Positions 45,949 through 54,567 of a stretch of 64,000 bases of DNA are shown here, piece after piece. Under the pieces are notes generated by a model. The model did not search any database. It had not been told where the DNA came from and was given only the letters and a program-made list of their open reading frames with translations. The stretch spans positions 832,001 through 896,000 of the forward strand of contig CAXXDN010000002.1 of the NCBI GenBank assembly GCA_963667465.2, given 5' to 3'. Numbering within the stretch: position 1 is the stretch's first letter; every line of letters begins with the position of its first letter. The stretch is from Dehalococcoidia bacterium (lineage in GTDB: Bacteria; Chloroflexota; Dehalococcoidia; UBA2979). A program made the translations under genes and the position numbers.

Positions 45949-46977
45949 CTAGCCTTCTTCGGGCCAGCCGCCCGGGGTTTCGCCGTCGTCCAGCGCACTG
46001 CGGATGGCGTCGGCGGCATCGTCGGTCACCCAGGTGCTCCAGACGGCCTCGTTGCCGTTGAGCCACCAGAGGGCGGCGTCGTTGGCGTCGGCGTTCGGGT
46101 TGTCCTGGAGCCAGGCGGCAACGGTGCTGTACTGACCGATGTCGAAGGTCCAGTTACGCAGGAACGCGACGATGTCCGGGGCGTTGGTCACGACGTCCGG
46201 GTGCGCGGCGATCAGGATCGTCGCGTCCTCGTAGGCGCAGGCCTTGGTCGTGAACCAGCACTCATCGCTGTACTCGGGCTCGGTGAGTCGCACGAGGTCG
46301 AGGACCAGCGCGGGGTCATTGGTGCCCCACTGGTAGCCGAGCCAGGGCTCGCCCTTCTCGTACGCGCCGAGAATGTCGGCATTCGCCGCCGCGCCGTCGC
46401 CGGGGTTGACGACGTGAACGTGGTCGGAGAGACCGTAGCCCTCGATCTGCGCGGCGTTGACTTCCTCACAGGACCAGCCGATCACGCAGGAGACCAGCCG
46501 TGCCTTGCCGCCGCTTTCGGCGGACACGAACAGCTCCTTGAACTGCGGATCCTTGAGGTCCTCGACGCTGTCGAGGTCCGGGTACTGCTCTTGCAGGTAC
46601 GCCGGGATCACGAACGCGGACTGCCAGTCCTTGCCAAGGCTCTGGCCGAGCGAGACAACCTCGCCGTTGGCCTGCGCCTCCGCCCAGGCCTCGTCCTGGT
46701 TCGGGAGCCAGATCTCCATCGTGATGTGCGTGTCGCCGGCCCGCAGGCCCTGGAACAGGGGCAGCGTGGCTCCGAGCACCACGTCGGTCGGGTACTCGTA
46801 GCCCATTTCGACGACGTACTGGGCGATGCGGTTCTGGACCTGTGCGCTGGTCCAGTTCAGGTCGCTGAAGACGAGAGTCTGCTTGTCGCCATCACCATCG
46901 TCCTCGCAGGCCGCCGCGAGCGCGAGGACCAACATCGAGATCATGGTGAGAGCGAACAGCTTGTACCTTGTCAGCAA
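45949..46977 (-). CDS. proX: Glycine betaine/proline ABC transporter substrate-binding lipoprotein
   Basis: LAAAC lipobox, NWTS, EIWLPN, C..GW.C; TTG start after AAGGAG. Confidence 0.85.
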   Translation of the reverse strand: MLTRYKLFALTMISMLVLALAAACEDDGDGDKQTLVFSDLNWTSAQVQNRIAQYVVEMGYEYPTDVVLGATLPLFQGLRAGDTHITMEIWLPNQDEAWAEAQANGEVVSLGQSLGKDWQSAFVIPAYLQEQYPDLDSVEDLKDPQFKELFVSAESGGKARLVSCVIGWSCEEVNAAQIEGYGLSDHVHVVNPGDGAAANADILGAYEKGEPWLGYQWGTNDPALVLDLVRLTEPEYSDECWFTTKACAYEDATILIAAHPDVVTNAPDIVAFLRNWTFDIGQYSTVAAWLQDNPNADANDAALWWLNGNEAVWSTWVTDDAADAIRSALDDGETPGGWPEEG

Positions 46978-47148
46978 ATCCCAACTCCTTTCATCGGGGA
47001 TTCATGCTTGAACGCCTCGGAGCGCGTCACGGCTGGTGGCGCCGACGAACGTACCAGCGACTGATCGCGCCGAAGGCGTCGCCTCCGCAGGTGCGGGGCG
47101 GCTCGCGGGTTTGACTGCGCTGGGGGTTGTTCATCACGGCCGGCCAGG

Positions 47149-48219
47149 TCAGCCGGCGCTCATGCGTCCCTTCTCGCCGGAGCCGATGGATTGTGTCAGA
47201 CGATCGATGATGATGGCGAGGAAGACGATCGCGAGTCCCGCGATCAGCCCGTTCCCCGACTGATTCTTCTGCAGCGCCCGCAGCACGTTGTCGCCGAGCC
47301 CCCCGGCGGCCACCATGCTGGCGATGGTCACCATCGCCAGCGCCATCAGCGTGGTCTGGTTGATGCCCGCCATGATCGTGGGCAGCGCCATCGGGATCTG
47401 GACCTTGGTGAGCACCTGCCACGGCGACGACCCGAACGCGAGCGCCGCCTCCACCACCTCCGGCGAGACCTGGCGGATCCCGAGGTTCGTCAGCCGGATC
47501 ACCGGCGGCACCGCATAGATCACCGTCGCAAAGATGCCGGCCGGCTTGCCGAGACCGAAGAAGAGGATGCCGGGGAGCAGGTAGACGAAGCTGGGCATCG
47601 TCTGCATCGCGTCGAGGATGGGACGCATCACGTTGTCGGCGATGCTGTTGCGTGCGCCGAGCACGCCCAGCGGCAGGCCGATCGCGAGCGAGATCGCTAC
47701 CGCTACCGTGATCAGTGCGATCGTATCGATCGCGTTCTCCCAGAGATCCATGAACCCGATGTAGAGCAGTGCGAGCGCCGTGAAGCCCATCAGGGTCCAG
47801 CGCCCCACCGCGAATGCGAGCAGCGAGAGGCCAACTATGATTACCGGCCACGGAACCCACTTCAGTACGTCCTCGATATTCACCAGCGCGTACGCGATCG
47901 CTTCGCTGATGCCGTCGAACAGCCAGTCGCCCTCGGTGGTCAGCCAATCGACCGCGCGGTCGATTGCATCGCCGGTCTCTCCCCGGATGGTGCTCTCAAG
48001 CGTGACCGTTCTCTCGCCTGCCGGAGTCTCGGACTCCGACAGCGTCGTGGGGAAGCCCATCCCCGGTCCCCAGACAAGCAGGCTCACCACGAGGACCACG
48101 AGCAATGCCCCGACCGCCCCCAGCAGCGGCAATCGGGAGTGGAGCCCTCTGACGAGGCGCCTGGCGGACAGCATGCTGGCGGCGCTTCGCTGCGCCCCCT
48201 CGGCGTCGGTGCCGGCCAT
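47149..48219 (-). CDS. proW: Glycine betaine/proline ABC transporter permease
   Basis: RPILDAMQTMPSFVYL, IRLTNLGIRQV, EAA motif, IMAGINQT. Confidence 0.93.
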   Translation of the reverse strand: MAGTDAEGAQRSAASMLSARRLVRGLHSRLPLLGAVGALLVVLVVSLLVWGPGMGFPTTLSESETPAGERTVTLESTIRGETGDAIDRAVDWLTTEGDWLFDGISEAIAYALVNIEDVLKWVPWPVIIVGLSLLAFAVGRWTLMGFTALALLYIGFMDLWENAIDTIALITVAVAISLAIGLPLGVLGARNSIADNVMRPILDAMQTMPSFVYLLPGILFFGLGKPAGIFATVIYAVPPVIRLTNLGIRQVSPEVVEAALAFGSSPWQVLTKVQIPMALPTIMAGINQTTLMALAMVTIASMVAAGGLGDNVLRALQKNQSGNGLIAGLAIVFLAIIIDRLTQSIGSGEKGRMSAG

Positions 48220-49101
48220 CTACGCGGTCTCCCGGTTGTCCGCGGTGACGGACAACATCCCACCGGCCCGCAGCTCGGCGACACTCGAGACGTCCTGTAC
48301 GAAGTCCGCGACGTACTCGTCCGCCGGGCGCGTGACGATCTCTTCCGGCGGGCCTTCCTGGACGATCTCGCCGTCACGCATGATCGCGATCCGATCGCCC
48401 AGCTTGATGGCCTCGTTGAGGTCGTGCGTGATGAAGACGATGGTCTTGTGCAGCTGGTCCTGGAGCGCCTTCAGTTCGTCCTGCATCCTCCTGCGGATCA
48501 GCGGATCGAGGCCGCTGAACGGCTCGTCCATGATCAGCACCTCCGGCTCCACCGCGAGCGCCCTCGCGATGCCGACGCGCTGCTGCATCCCGCCGCTCAT
48601 CTCGTGCGGGTAGTAGTCCTCCCAGCCATCGAGGCCAACCGTCTCGATCGCCTCCCGTGCGGCCCTGTACCGCTCATCCTCGTTCATGCCCTGGATTTCG
48701 AGGCCGTAGGCGACGTTGTCGAGGACGCAGCGGTTGGGCAGCAGCCCGTAGTGCTGGAAGACCATTGCGATCTGCTTGCGGCGGAAATCGGTGAGCTCCC
48801 CGGCGCCGTAGTCGAGGATGTCTTCGCCGTCGAAGCGGATTGCGCCACGGGTCGCCTCGATCAGCCGGATCAGGCAGCGAGCAAGCGTGGACTTGCCGCT
48901 TCCCGAGAGGCCCATGACCACGAACGTCTCGCCCGGCTTGACACCAAAGGACACGTTCCGAAGACCAATTACAGCGCCGAGTTCATCCTGGATCTCAGAT
49001 CGGGTTTTATCGATATATTCGGGCTCGAAAACCAGATCGGCGTTATCGCCGAATATCTTCCACAGCCCTTCGACCTGTATCAGTTGTTCGTTTTGGACCA
49101 T
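48220..49101 (-). CDS. proV: Glycine betaine/proline ABC transporter ATPase without CBS domains
   Basis: [44 protein letters not shown]; 293 aa. Confidence 0.92.
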   Translation of the reverse strand: MVQNEQLIQVEGLWKIFGDNADLVFEPEYIDKTRSEIQDELGAVIGLRNVSFGVKPGETFVVMGLSGSGKSTLARCLIRLIEATRGAIRFDGEDILDYGAGELTDFRRKQIAMVFQHYGLLPNRCVLDNVAYGLEIQGMNEDERYRAAREAIETVGLDGWEDYYPHEMSGGMQQRVGIARALAVEPEVLIMDEPFSGLDPLIRRRMQDELKALQDQLHKTIVFITHDLNEAIKLGDRIAIMRDGEIVQEGPPEEIVTRPADEYVADFVQDVSSVAELRAGGMLSVTADNRETA

Positions 49102-49106
49102 ACCAT

Positions 49107-49130
49107 GATTGTTGGTCTGCACCAACAATC
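49107..49130. promoter_or_regulatory. Perfect 10-bp inverted repeat just upstream of proV
   Basis: GATTGTTGGT-CTGC-ACCAACAATC. Confidence 0.6.
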
Positions 49131-49324
49131 TACAGGTACCCCCGATCTTTCCTCGACAATGGGCGTGCGAGAAACCCCTGCCCGGGAAGCGGACTATAGC
49201 ACGATCGCCTGTGGCCGTCACAGCGATCCCGACCCTTCCGGCCGCCCGCGACGCCCGCGCGAGCCGGGTCCGCTATCCTCCGCGCGCGCCCCGGCCAGCG
49301 CGCCGGGGCAGGATGGAGGACCAG

Positions 49325-50221
49325 ATGCGCCACTCGACCGCCTTGCGGGCCCGGCTCGACGGGCCCGAGATCATCGTGCTGCCCGGCGCCTACGACGCCC
49401 TTTCGGCGCGGCTCGCGCAGCAGGCCGGCTTCGATGCCGTCTTCACGACCGGCTTCGGCTTCTCCGCCGCCGCCCTCGGGGCCCCCGACTATGGCCTGCT
49501 CACCGCCTCCGAGGTGCTGGACCGCGTGCGCCTGATCGTCGCCGCCGTCGACGTGCCGCTGGTCGCCGACATGGACACGGGCTACGGCAACCCGCTCAAC
49601 GTGGTCCGCACGGTGCGCGAGTGCGTGAGCGCAGGCGTCGCCGGCATCATCCTCGAGGATCAGGAGTGGCCGAAGAAGTGCGGCCACTTCGAGGGCAAGC
49701 GCGTCATTCCCGCCGAGGAGCAGGTGCAGAAACTGCACGCCGCCGTCGACGCCCGGGACGACGACGACCTCGTGATCATCGGGCGCACGGATGCGCGCGC
49801 TCCGCTTGGCCTGGAGGAGGCGATCCGCCGCGGGCGGCTCTATCACGAGGCCGGCGCCGACGTCGTGTTCGTCGAGGCGCCGCAGTCGATCGACGAGCTG
49901 AAGGCGGTGCGCGAGGCGATCCCGGACGCGCCGCTCTTCGCGAACATGATCGAGGGCGGCAAGACGCCGCTGCTCTCGACGAGCGAGCTGCAGGAGCTGG
50001 GTTACGGGATGGTGGTCTTCCCCCTCGCGGCGCTGTTCAGCGCTGCCAGGGCGGTCGCCGCGACCTTCCGCGCCCTCCACGACGAAAAGACCACGGCGAG
50101 CCGCGTCGACGCCCTCACCGGCTTCCACGAGTTCGAGCAGATCGTCGGCGCCCCCGACTGGCACGAGCTGGAGGTGCGCTACGGCGTCACGGAGGGCGCT
50201 GCGCAAGGAGCGAGGCGGTGA
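49325..50221 (+). CDS. Isocitrate lyase/PEP mutase family lyase (PrpB/dimethylmalate lyase-like)
   Basis: PGAYDALSA, DMDTGYG, LEDQ..PKKCGH, RTDA, NMIEGGKTP. Confidence 0.92.
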   Translation: MRHSTALRARLDGPEIIVLPGAYDALSARLAQQAGFDAVFTTGFGFSAAALGAPDYGLLTASEVLDRVRLIVAAVDVPLVADMDTGYGNPLNVVRTVRECVSAGVAGIILEDQEWPKKCGHFEGKRVIPAEEQVQKLHAAVDARDDDDLVIIGRTDARAPLGLEEAIRRGRLYHEAGADVVFVEAPQSIDELKAVREAIPDAPLFANMIEGGKTPLLSTSELQELGYGMVVFPLAALFSAARAVAATFRALHDEKTTASRVDALTGFHEFEQIVGAPDWHELEVRYGVTEGAAQGARR

Positions 50222-50370
50222 GCATCAACAAGACTCGAGGGTTCCTCTACTGGCTGGCGAAGCTGCTCGGCGACATCAACGCCGTACGGCGCGGGCGCGT
50301 CGGACGCCGCGTCGCGCGGCGCGCCGTCGGCAAGGCGACGGGACGGGGGCTGGGCAAACTCTTCAAGTAG
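50218..50370 (+). CDS. 50-aa highly basic small protein
   Basis: GTGA overlap with upstream stop, GAGG RBS, MSINKTRGFLYWLAKLLGDINAVRRGRVGRRVARRAVGKATGRGLGKLFK. Confidence 0.7.
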   Translation: MSINKTRGFLYWLAKLLGDINAVRRGRVGRRVARRAVGKATGRGLGKLFK

Positions 50371-50380
50371 CCGCGGCGCC

Positions 50381-50728
50381 TCAGAGCGCGAGGTGCAGGC
50401 GGATCGCATCGTCGATCGCGGCCATCACGTCGCTTGGTGCGCGGCCGATCGGTCCGCGGACGCGATCCATCGAGATCGCCCGGATTTGTTCCACCTGCGC
50501 CTTGGAGAGCGTGCGGAGGCCCGTCCCGCGCGCGCCGATCAGCACCTGGAACGGTAACAGCGGCTCGGTGCGACTCGTGATTGGAACCACCGTCACGGCG
50601 CCCCGGCCCAACTCCCGAACGGCCCGATTGGCGCGCTCGTTCGTGACGATCACCGCTGGCCGAACCTTGTCTGCCTCGCTCGCCCGGGCGGGCTCGAAAT
50701 CGGCCCACACGATGTCGCCGCGGAACAT
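50381..50728 (-). CDS. mazF: MazF/PemK family endoribonuclease toxin
   Basis: RGDIVW...P...E..K.RPAVIV, VVPITS, EQIRAI. Confidence 0.93.
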   Translation of the reverse strand: MFRGDIVWADFEPARASEADKVRPAVIVTNERANRAVRELGRGAVTVVPITSRTEPLLPFQVLIGARGTGLRTLSKAQVEQIRAISMDRVRGPIGRAPSDVMAAIDDAIRLHLAL

Positions 50729-50994
50729 CAGTCCTCGCGCGCGGGCTCAGCGGCCCACTCCGCCGACCAGTCTTCGGGCTCCAGACCGTCGCCGACCGTC
50801 ATGTCCCACAGCGCGGCGTCACCGGAGGATGCCCAGTCCTCCCAGGCAGTCTTGTACGCCTCGACGAGCTCGTCGTCGCGCAGTCGCTCCAGCGCCTTCC
50901 TCAAGACTGCCGAACGCGACGCCTCGCCGTGTTCGGCGATGTACCGATCGACGAACTCGACATCCTGTTCGGGCAGGCTCACGCTCAGCTTCAT
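50728..50994 (-). CDS. mazE: Ribbon-helix-helix antitoxin
   Basis: MKLSVSL, SRSAVL, acidic W..TVGDG tail; stop overlaps toxin start. Confidence 0.9.
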   Translation of the reverse strand: MKLSVSLPEQDVEFVDRYIAEHGEASRSAVLRKALERLRDDELVEAYKTAWEDWASSGDAALWDMTVGDGLEPEDWSAEWAAEPARED

Positions 50995-51000
50995 AGAACG

Positions 51001-51058
51001 ATGCTACCCGAATGTACCTTGCCTTGCTACCCGGAGTACTACCCACGGCTGCTACTCG
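51001..51058 (-). promoter_or_regulatory. mazE promoter: -10 TAGCAT plus repeated CTACCC-like boxes
   Basis: TAGCAT 6 nt before ATG; GCTACCCG at 51003 and 51026, variants at 51038 and 51051. Confidence 0.55.
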
Positions 51059-51072
51059 CCCTGCCGTGCGAT

Positions 51073-51966
51073 TCAGCCTGCGGCCGCCAGCCCGCGCCGC
51101 GCGAGGAAGGCGCGCGTCTCGCGGATCGCGGTCTCGGGCGCGTCGTGGTGGAGCCAGTGGCCCGCGTCCGGAACGATGACCCAGCGTGCCTCGCGGAACG
51201 CCGCCCGGTCCTCCTCCAGCGGCGGGGTCGTCGACCACGTCGAGGCGCCGCCGAGGAGGTGCAGCACCGGGCACTCGATCGCCGACCAGAAGCTGCGCAC
51301 CGTCTCCACGTCTACCTCGTCGCTGGTGCGGCCGCGCGCGAACGGGTCGAACTTCCAGATGTAGCCGCCCTCGACGGGCCGCAGCGCGTGCCGGGCCAAC
51401 TCGAGGGCGAACGCGTCGTCGAGACGGCTGTCGACAAGCTGGATGCGATCTCGCGCTTCCTCGAGCGAGGTGTAGACGCGTGGCTGCATTTCGGCGTAGC
51501 CCTCGTGGCGGGCGACCCAGCGGCGCAGCGCCTCGGGCTCGCTCAGCGGACGGCGCGAGAGTCCGCGGAACGCGAAGTTGACCGTCGCCTCGATCGCGAC
51601 AACCGAGTTCACGCGCTCCGGGAACGCACCCGCCGCGTAGAGGGCGATGCGCGATCCAAACGAGTGCCCAACGATGTCGACCGGCCCGCCGAGCAGGTCG
51701 ATCAGCGCGAGCAGGTCGGCGATGTGCTCGGACATGCCGTAGTAGCCGCCGACGGCCCAGCCCGAATCGCCGTGCCCTCGCAGATCCGGGGCGATCACGC
51801 GGTAGTCGTCGCGGAATGCGGCGGCGAGGCGATCAAGCGAGCGCGCGTGGTCGCGCTTGCCGTGCAGCAGCACGAGCGGCGGCGCATCGGCCTCGCCCCA
51901 CTCCCAGTAGGCCAGGCGCAGACGCTGCGACTCGAAGTGGTGCTGTACGGGTCCGGCCTGTGCCAT
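51073..51966 (-). CDS. Alpha/beta fold hydrolase
   Basis: LLHG, DLRGHGDS, GHSFG, AGHWLHHD. Confidence 0.92.
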   Translation of the reverse strand: MAQAGPVQHHFESQRLRLAYWEWGEADAPPLVLLHGKRDHARSLDRLAAAFRDDYRVIAPDLRGHGDSGWAVGGYYGMSEHIADLLALIDLLGGPVDIVGHSFGSRIALYAAGAFPERVNSVVAIEATVNFAFRGLSRRPLSEPEALRRWVARHEGYAEMQPRVYTSLEEARDRIQLVDSRLDDAFALELARHALRPVEGGYIWKFDPFARGRTSDEVDVETVRSFWSAIECPVLHLLGGASTWSTTPPLEEDRAAFREARWVIVPDAGHWLHHDAPETAIRETRAFLARRGLAAAG

Positions 51967-51979
51967 CGCGGTCTGCCGG

Positions 51980-52912
51980 CTACTCGCCGTGGACGACGGG
52001 CAGCACCTCGTCCGCGAGGCGCCGCGTCTGCTCCAGGAGATCGTCGTCGTCCTCGGCGATCGGGCGCATCACGAACTTCGAGACGCCCACGGCCGCGTAC
52101 TCCTCGATGCGTTCGAGGATGGCGGTCGCGTCGCCGACGGCGAAGTAGGCCGTCGGGTCGGCGCGGTCGGTGAGGCCGGGGCGGCGACTGATCGCGGCAG
52201 CGGCGCGCTCGACGATCGGGTCGTCCCAGCCGCCGAAGCGGAAGGGGAAGCTCGCACCGTAATGGTCCTCGGGCACGGGCCGGCCTGCCTCGCGAGACAC
52301 CTTGCGGATCGAATCAACCACGGGGGCGACCTGCGCCGGCGACTGCAGCCCGCCCAGCCAGCCGTTCCCGAAGCGCGCGATGCGGCGCACGGCCGCCGGG
52401 CTGGATCCGCCGATCCAGAGCGGCAGCGGCTGTTGCACGGGCAGCGGGGCGATCGACGCGTCCTTGTAGCGGTAGTACTCGCCCTCGAAGTTCACGGTCT
52501 CGCCGCGCCAGAGGCGGGTGATGATCTCCAGCATCTCGTCGGACTTCGGTCCGCGCCCGCGCGGCTCGCGGCCGGTCGCGACCCACTCGGGTGCGACCTC
52601 CGGCCCGACGCCGAAGGCTGGCAACATCCGGCCGTCGCTGAGGAAATCGATTGTCGCGCACTGCATCGCGAGCACGAGTGGATCGCGCAACGGCAGGACG
52701 ACGACGCTCATCCCGAACTTGAGCCGGTCGGTCGCACCGGCCAGCGCCGCCATGACGCTCATCGCCTCGAGCTGTGGTTGCGGCGAGATCAGCCGGTCGG
52801 ACTGCCAGATCGAGTCGATGTCGCTCTCCTCGCAGAGCTCGACCCACTCGCGGAAGACCCGCGTCGAGGCGAACGGGAACGCCGCCAGCCCCAGCCCGAT
52901 ACGTGCGCTCAT
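51980..52912 (-). CDS. LLM class flavin/F420-dependent oxidoreductase
   Basis: DSIWQSD, LPLRDP..LA, LSDGR, P.PVQQPLPLWIGG.S. Confidence 0.9.
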   Translation of the reverse strand: MSARIGLGLAAFPFASTRVFREWVELCEESDIDSIWQSDRLISPQPQLEAMSVMAALAGATDRLKFGMSVVVLPLRDPLVLAMQCATIDFLSDGRMLPAFGVGPEVAPEWVATGREPRGRGPKSDEMLEIITRLWRGETVNFEGEYYRYKDASIAPLPVQQPLPLWIGGSSPAAVRRIARFGNGWLGGLQSPAQVAPVVDSIRKVSREAGRPVPEDHYGASFPFRFGGWDDPIVERAAAAISRRPGLTDRADPTAYFAVGDATAILERIEEYAAVGVSKFVMRPIAEDDDDLLEQTRRLADEVLPVVHGE

Positions 52913-52978
52913 CGTCGCTCCCTCGTGTTCTTGCAGCAGGGTACCGGACGCTGGTGTTTGCGTGCGCGGGAAGACTCT

Positions 52979-53320
52979 TCAGCCAGCCTCGATAAGGTCA
53001 GCTACCTCACGAGCAAGGGTCGGGAGACTGGTCTCGACTACGTTCCATACCAGGCGGTCGTCGACATCGGCGTATCCATGTATGAGTACGTTTCGGAAGG
53101 CGATGATGCGCTGGTAGTCGCTGATCCGCGCGGCCGCGGCTTCGTCGACTCTCGCCAGCCGCGCCACTGCCTCGCCGATGATCTCGAACTCCCGCTCCAC
53201 TGCAGCCCGCAGCATCGCGTCGTGCTCATAGTCGGCGAAGGTCTTGGCGTTGGTGAACTCTCGAAGCAGCGCGGCGGCGCGCTGCACATCGTAGAGGTAC
53301 TTCCGAACCTCAAGCTTCAT
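52979..53320 (-). CDS. HEPN (DUF86/HepT-like) ribonuclease toxin
   Basis: AVEREFEIIGEA and RNVLIHGY (RX4H) motifs. Confidence 0.9.
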   Translation of the reverse strand: MKLEVRKYLYDVQRAAALLREFTNAKTFADYEHDAMLRAAVEREFEIIGEAVARLARVDEAAAARISDYQRIIAFRNVLIHGYADVDDRLVWNVVETSLPTLAREVADLIEAG

Positions 53321-53618
53321 AGAGGGGCGTCTTCGTCTGTTCGACAGCCTGCAGAAAGTACGGGTTCCTGATCGCCGGACCGATGACGAGATCGACTGGC
53401 CTTCCGAACAGCTGCTCAAGGGACTCCATCAGACCGAAGTAGGCGTCCGCGTAGCTGGCGAGCACGGCCGGCTCGAACTCAACGAGGAAATCGAGATCAC
53501 CGCCCGCGCGGAGCTGCGTGCCAGTTGCCGCAGACCCGAACAGGCTCAGCCGGCGGACGCCGTGGCGGGCGCAGAGACGCTCAAGCTCGTCGGCGCGCTG
53601 TGCAATCTCAGGAATCAT
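53310..53618 (-). CDS. Minimal nucleotidyltransferase (MntA-like) antitoxin
   Basis: LFGS, DLDFLV, GRPVDLV, NPYF; overlaps HEPN gene. Confidence 0.9.
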   Translation of the reverse strand: MIPEIAQRADELERLCARHGVRRLSLFGSAATGTQLRAGGDLDFLVEFEPAVLASYADAYFGLMESLEQLFGRPVDLVIGPAIRNPYFLQAVEQTKTPLYEA

Positions 53619-53762
53619 CGTCGCGCTCCGGTCCGCTGAGCCTGCCTCTCACCCTACCCCAACCGGCCTGGATTCGCCGCGCTTCCGCTGTATTGTGCGG
53701 GGGGTTGCGAAGCAACGCTCGCGTCGCGATCATGGCGACGCGACAGGGAGACAGGACTCGCC

Positions 53763-54533
53763 ATGCCCGATCTGCTGTACGACAAGCGCGACCACTACGC
53801 CATCTTCACGATGAACCGCCCCGAGCGGCTCAACGCCCTCGGCGGCGCGATGCAGGAGGACCTCAAGCGCGCCGTCGCCGACTTCGAGGCGGACCCGGAG
53901 ATGCGCGCCGGCATCGTGACCGGCGCGGGCCGCGCCTTCTGCGCGGGCGCGGACCTCAAAGAGAGCAACGAGCAGTTCTCCGCCGGTCAGACCAAGCCGA
54001 CCGTGCGCTTCAACGACTCGGCGCCCTACTCCCTGGCGCAGAAACCGTACATCGCCGCAATCAACGGCCTGGCCGTCGGCGGCGGCCTCGAGCGCGCGCT
54101 GGACTGCGACATCCGGATCTGCTCGACGAATGCCTGGTTCGCGCTCTTCGAGCCTAAGCGCGGGCGCATGGCGGGCTACGCCATCCACGCCCTGCCGAGG
54201 ATGATCAACCTCGCGGCGGCCAGCTACATGCTGCTTACCGGCGACCGCGTCGAGCCCGAGAAGGCGAAAGAGTGGGGCATCGTCGCCGAGGTGCTCGAGC
54301 CTGACGAGTTGCTGCCTCGGGCGATCGAGATCGCGGAGCTGATCGCGGGAAACGCCCCGCTGGCTGTCAAGGGCACGAAGGCTGCGTTCCGCGCCTGGCG
54401 ACACGAGAACATGGACTACTCGTACCGCCTCAGCGAGTGGGTCTACCGGGCGAACATCGACAGCTCGGAGGACATCCGGGAGGGCGCCCGCGCCTTCGCC
54501 GAGAAGCGTCCGCCCGTCTGGCAGGGTCGCTAG
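53763..54533 (+). CDS. Enoyl-CoA hydratase/isomerase
   Basis: NRPERLNA, FCAGADL, GGGLE, FE (both Glu present), AFAEKR.P.W. Confidence 0.92.
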   Translation: MPDLLYDKRDHYAIFTMNRPERLNALGGAMQEDLKRAVADFEADPEMRAGIVTGAGRAFCAGADLKESNEQFSAGQTKPTVRFNDSAPYSLAQKPYIAAINGLAVGGGLERALDCDIRICSTNAWFALFEPKRGRMAGYAIHALPRMINLAAASYMLLTGDRVEPEKAKEWGIVAEVLEPDELLPRAIEIAELIAGNAPLAVKGTKAAFRAWRHENMDYSYRLSEWVYRANIDSSEDIREGARAFAEKRPPVWQGR

Positions 54534-54567
54534 CTGTAGCCCCGCGGACCGAGGCCCCGGCAGCCCG

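Noticed and set aside
47191-50217. 1059-aa plus-strand ORF
   Set aside because: Shadow of proW/proV and off-frame to the lyase; only the last 50 codons look like a real gene
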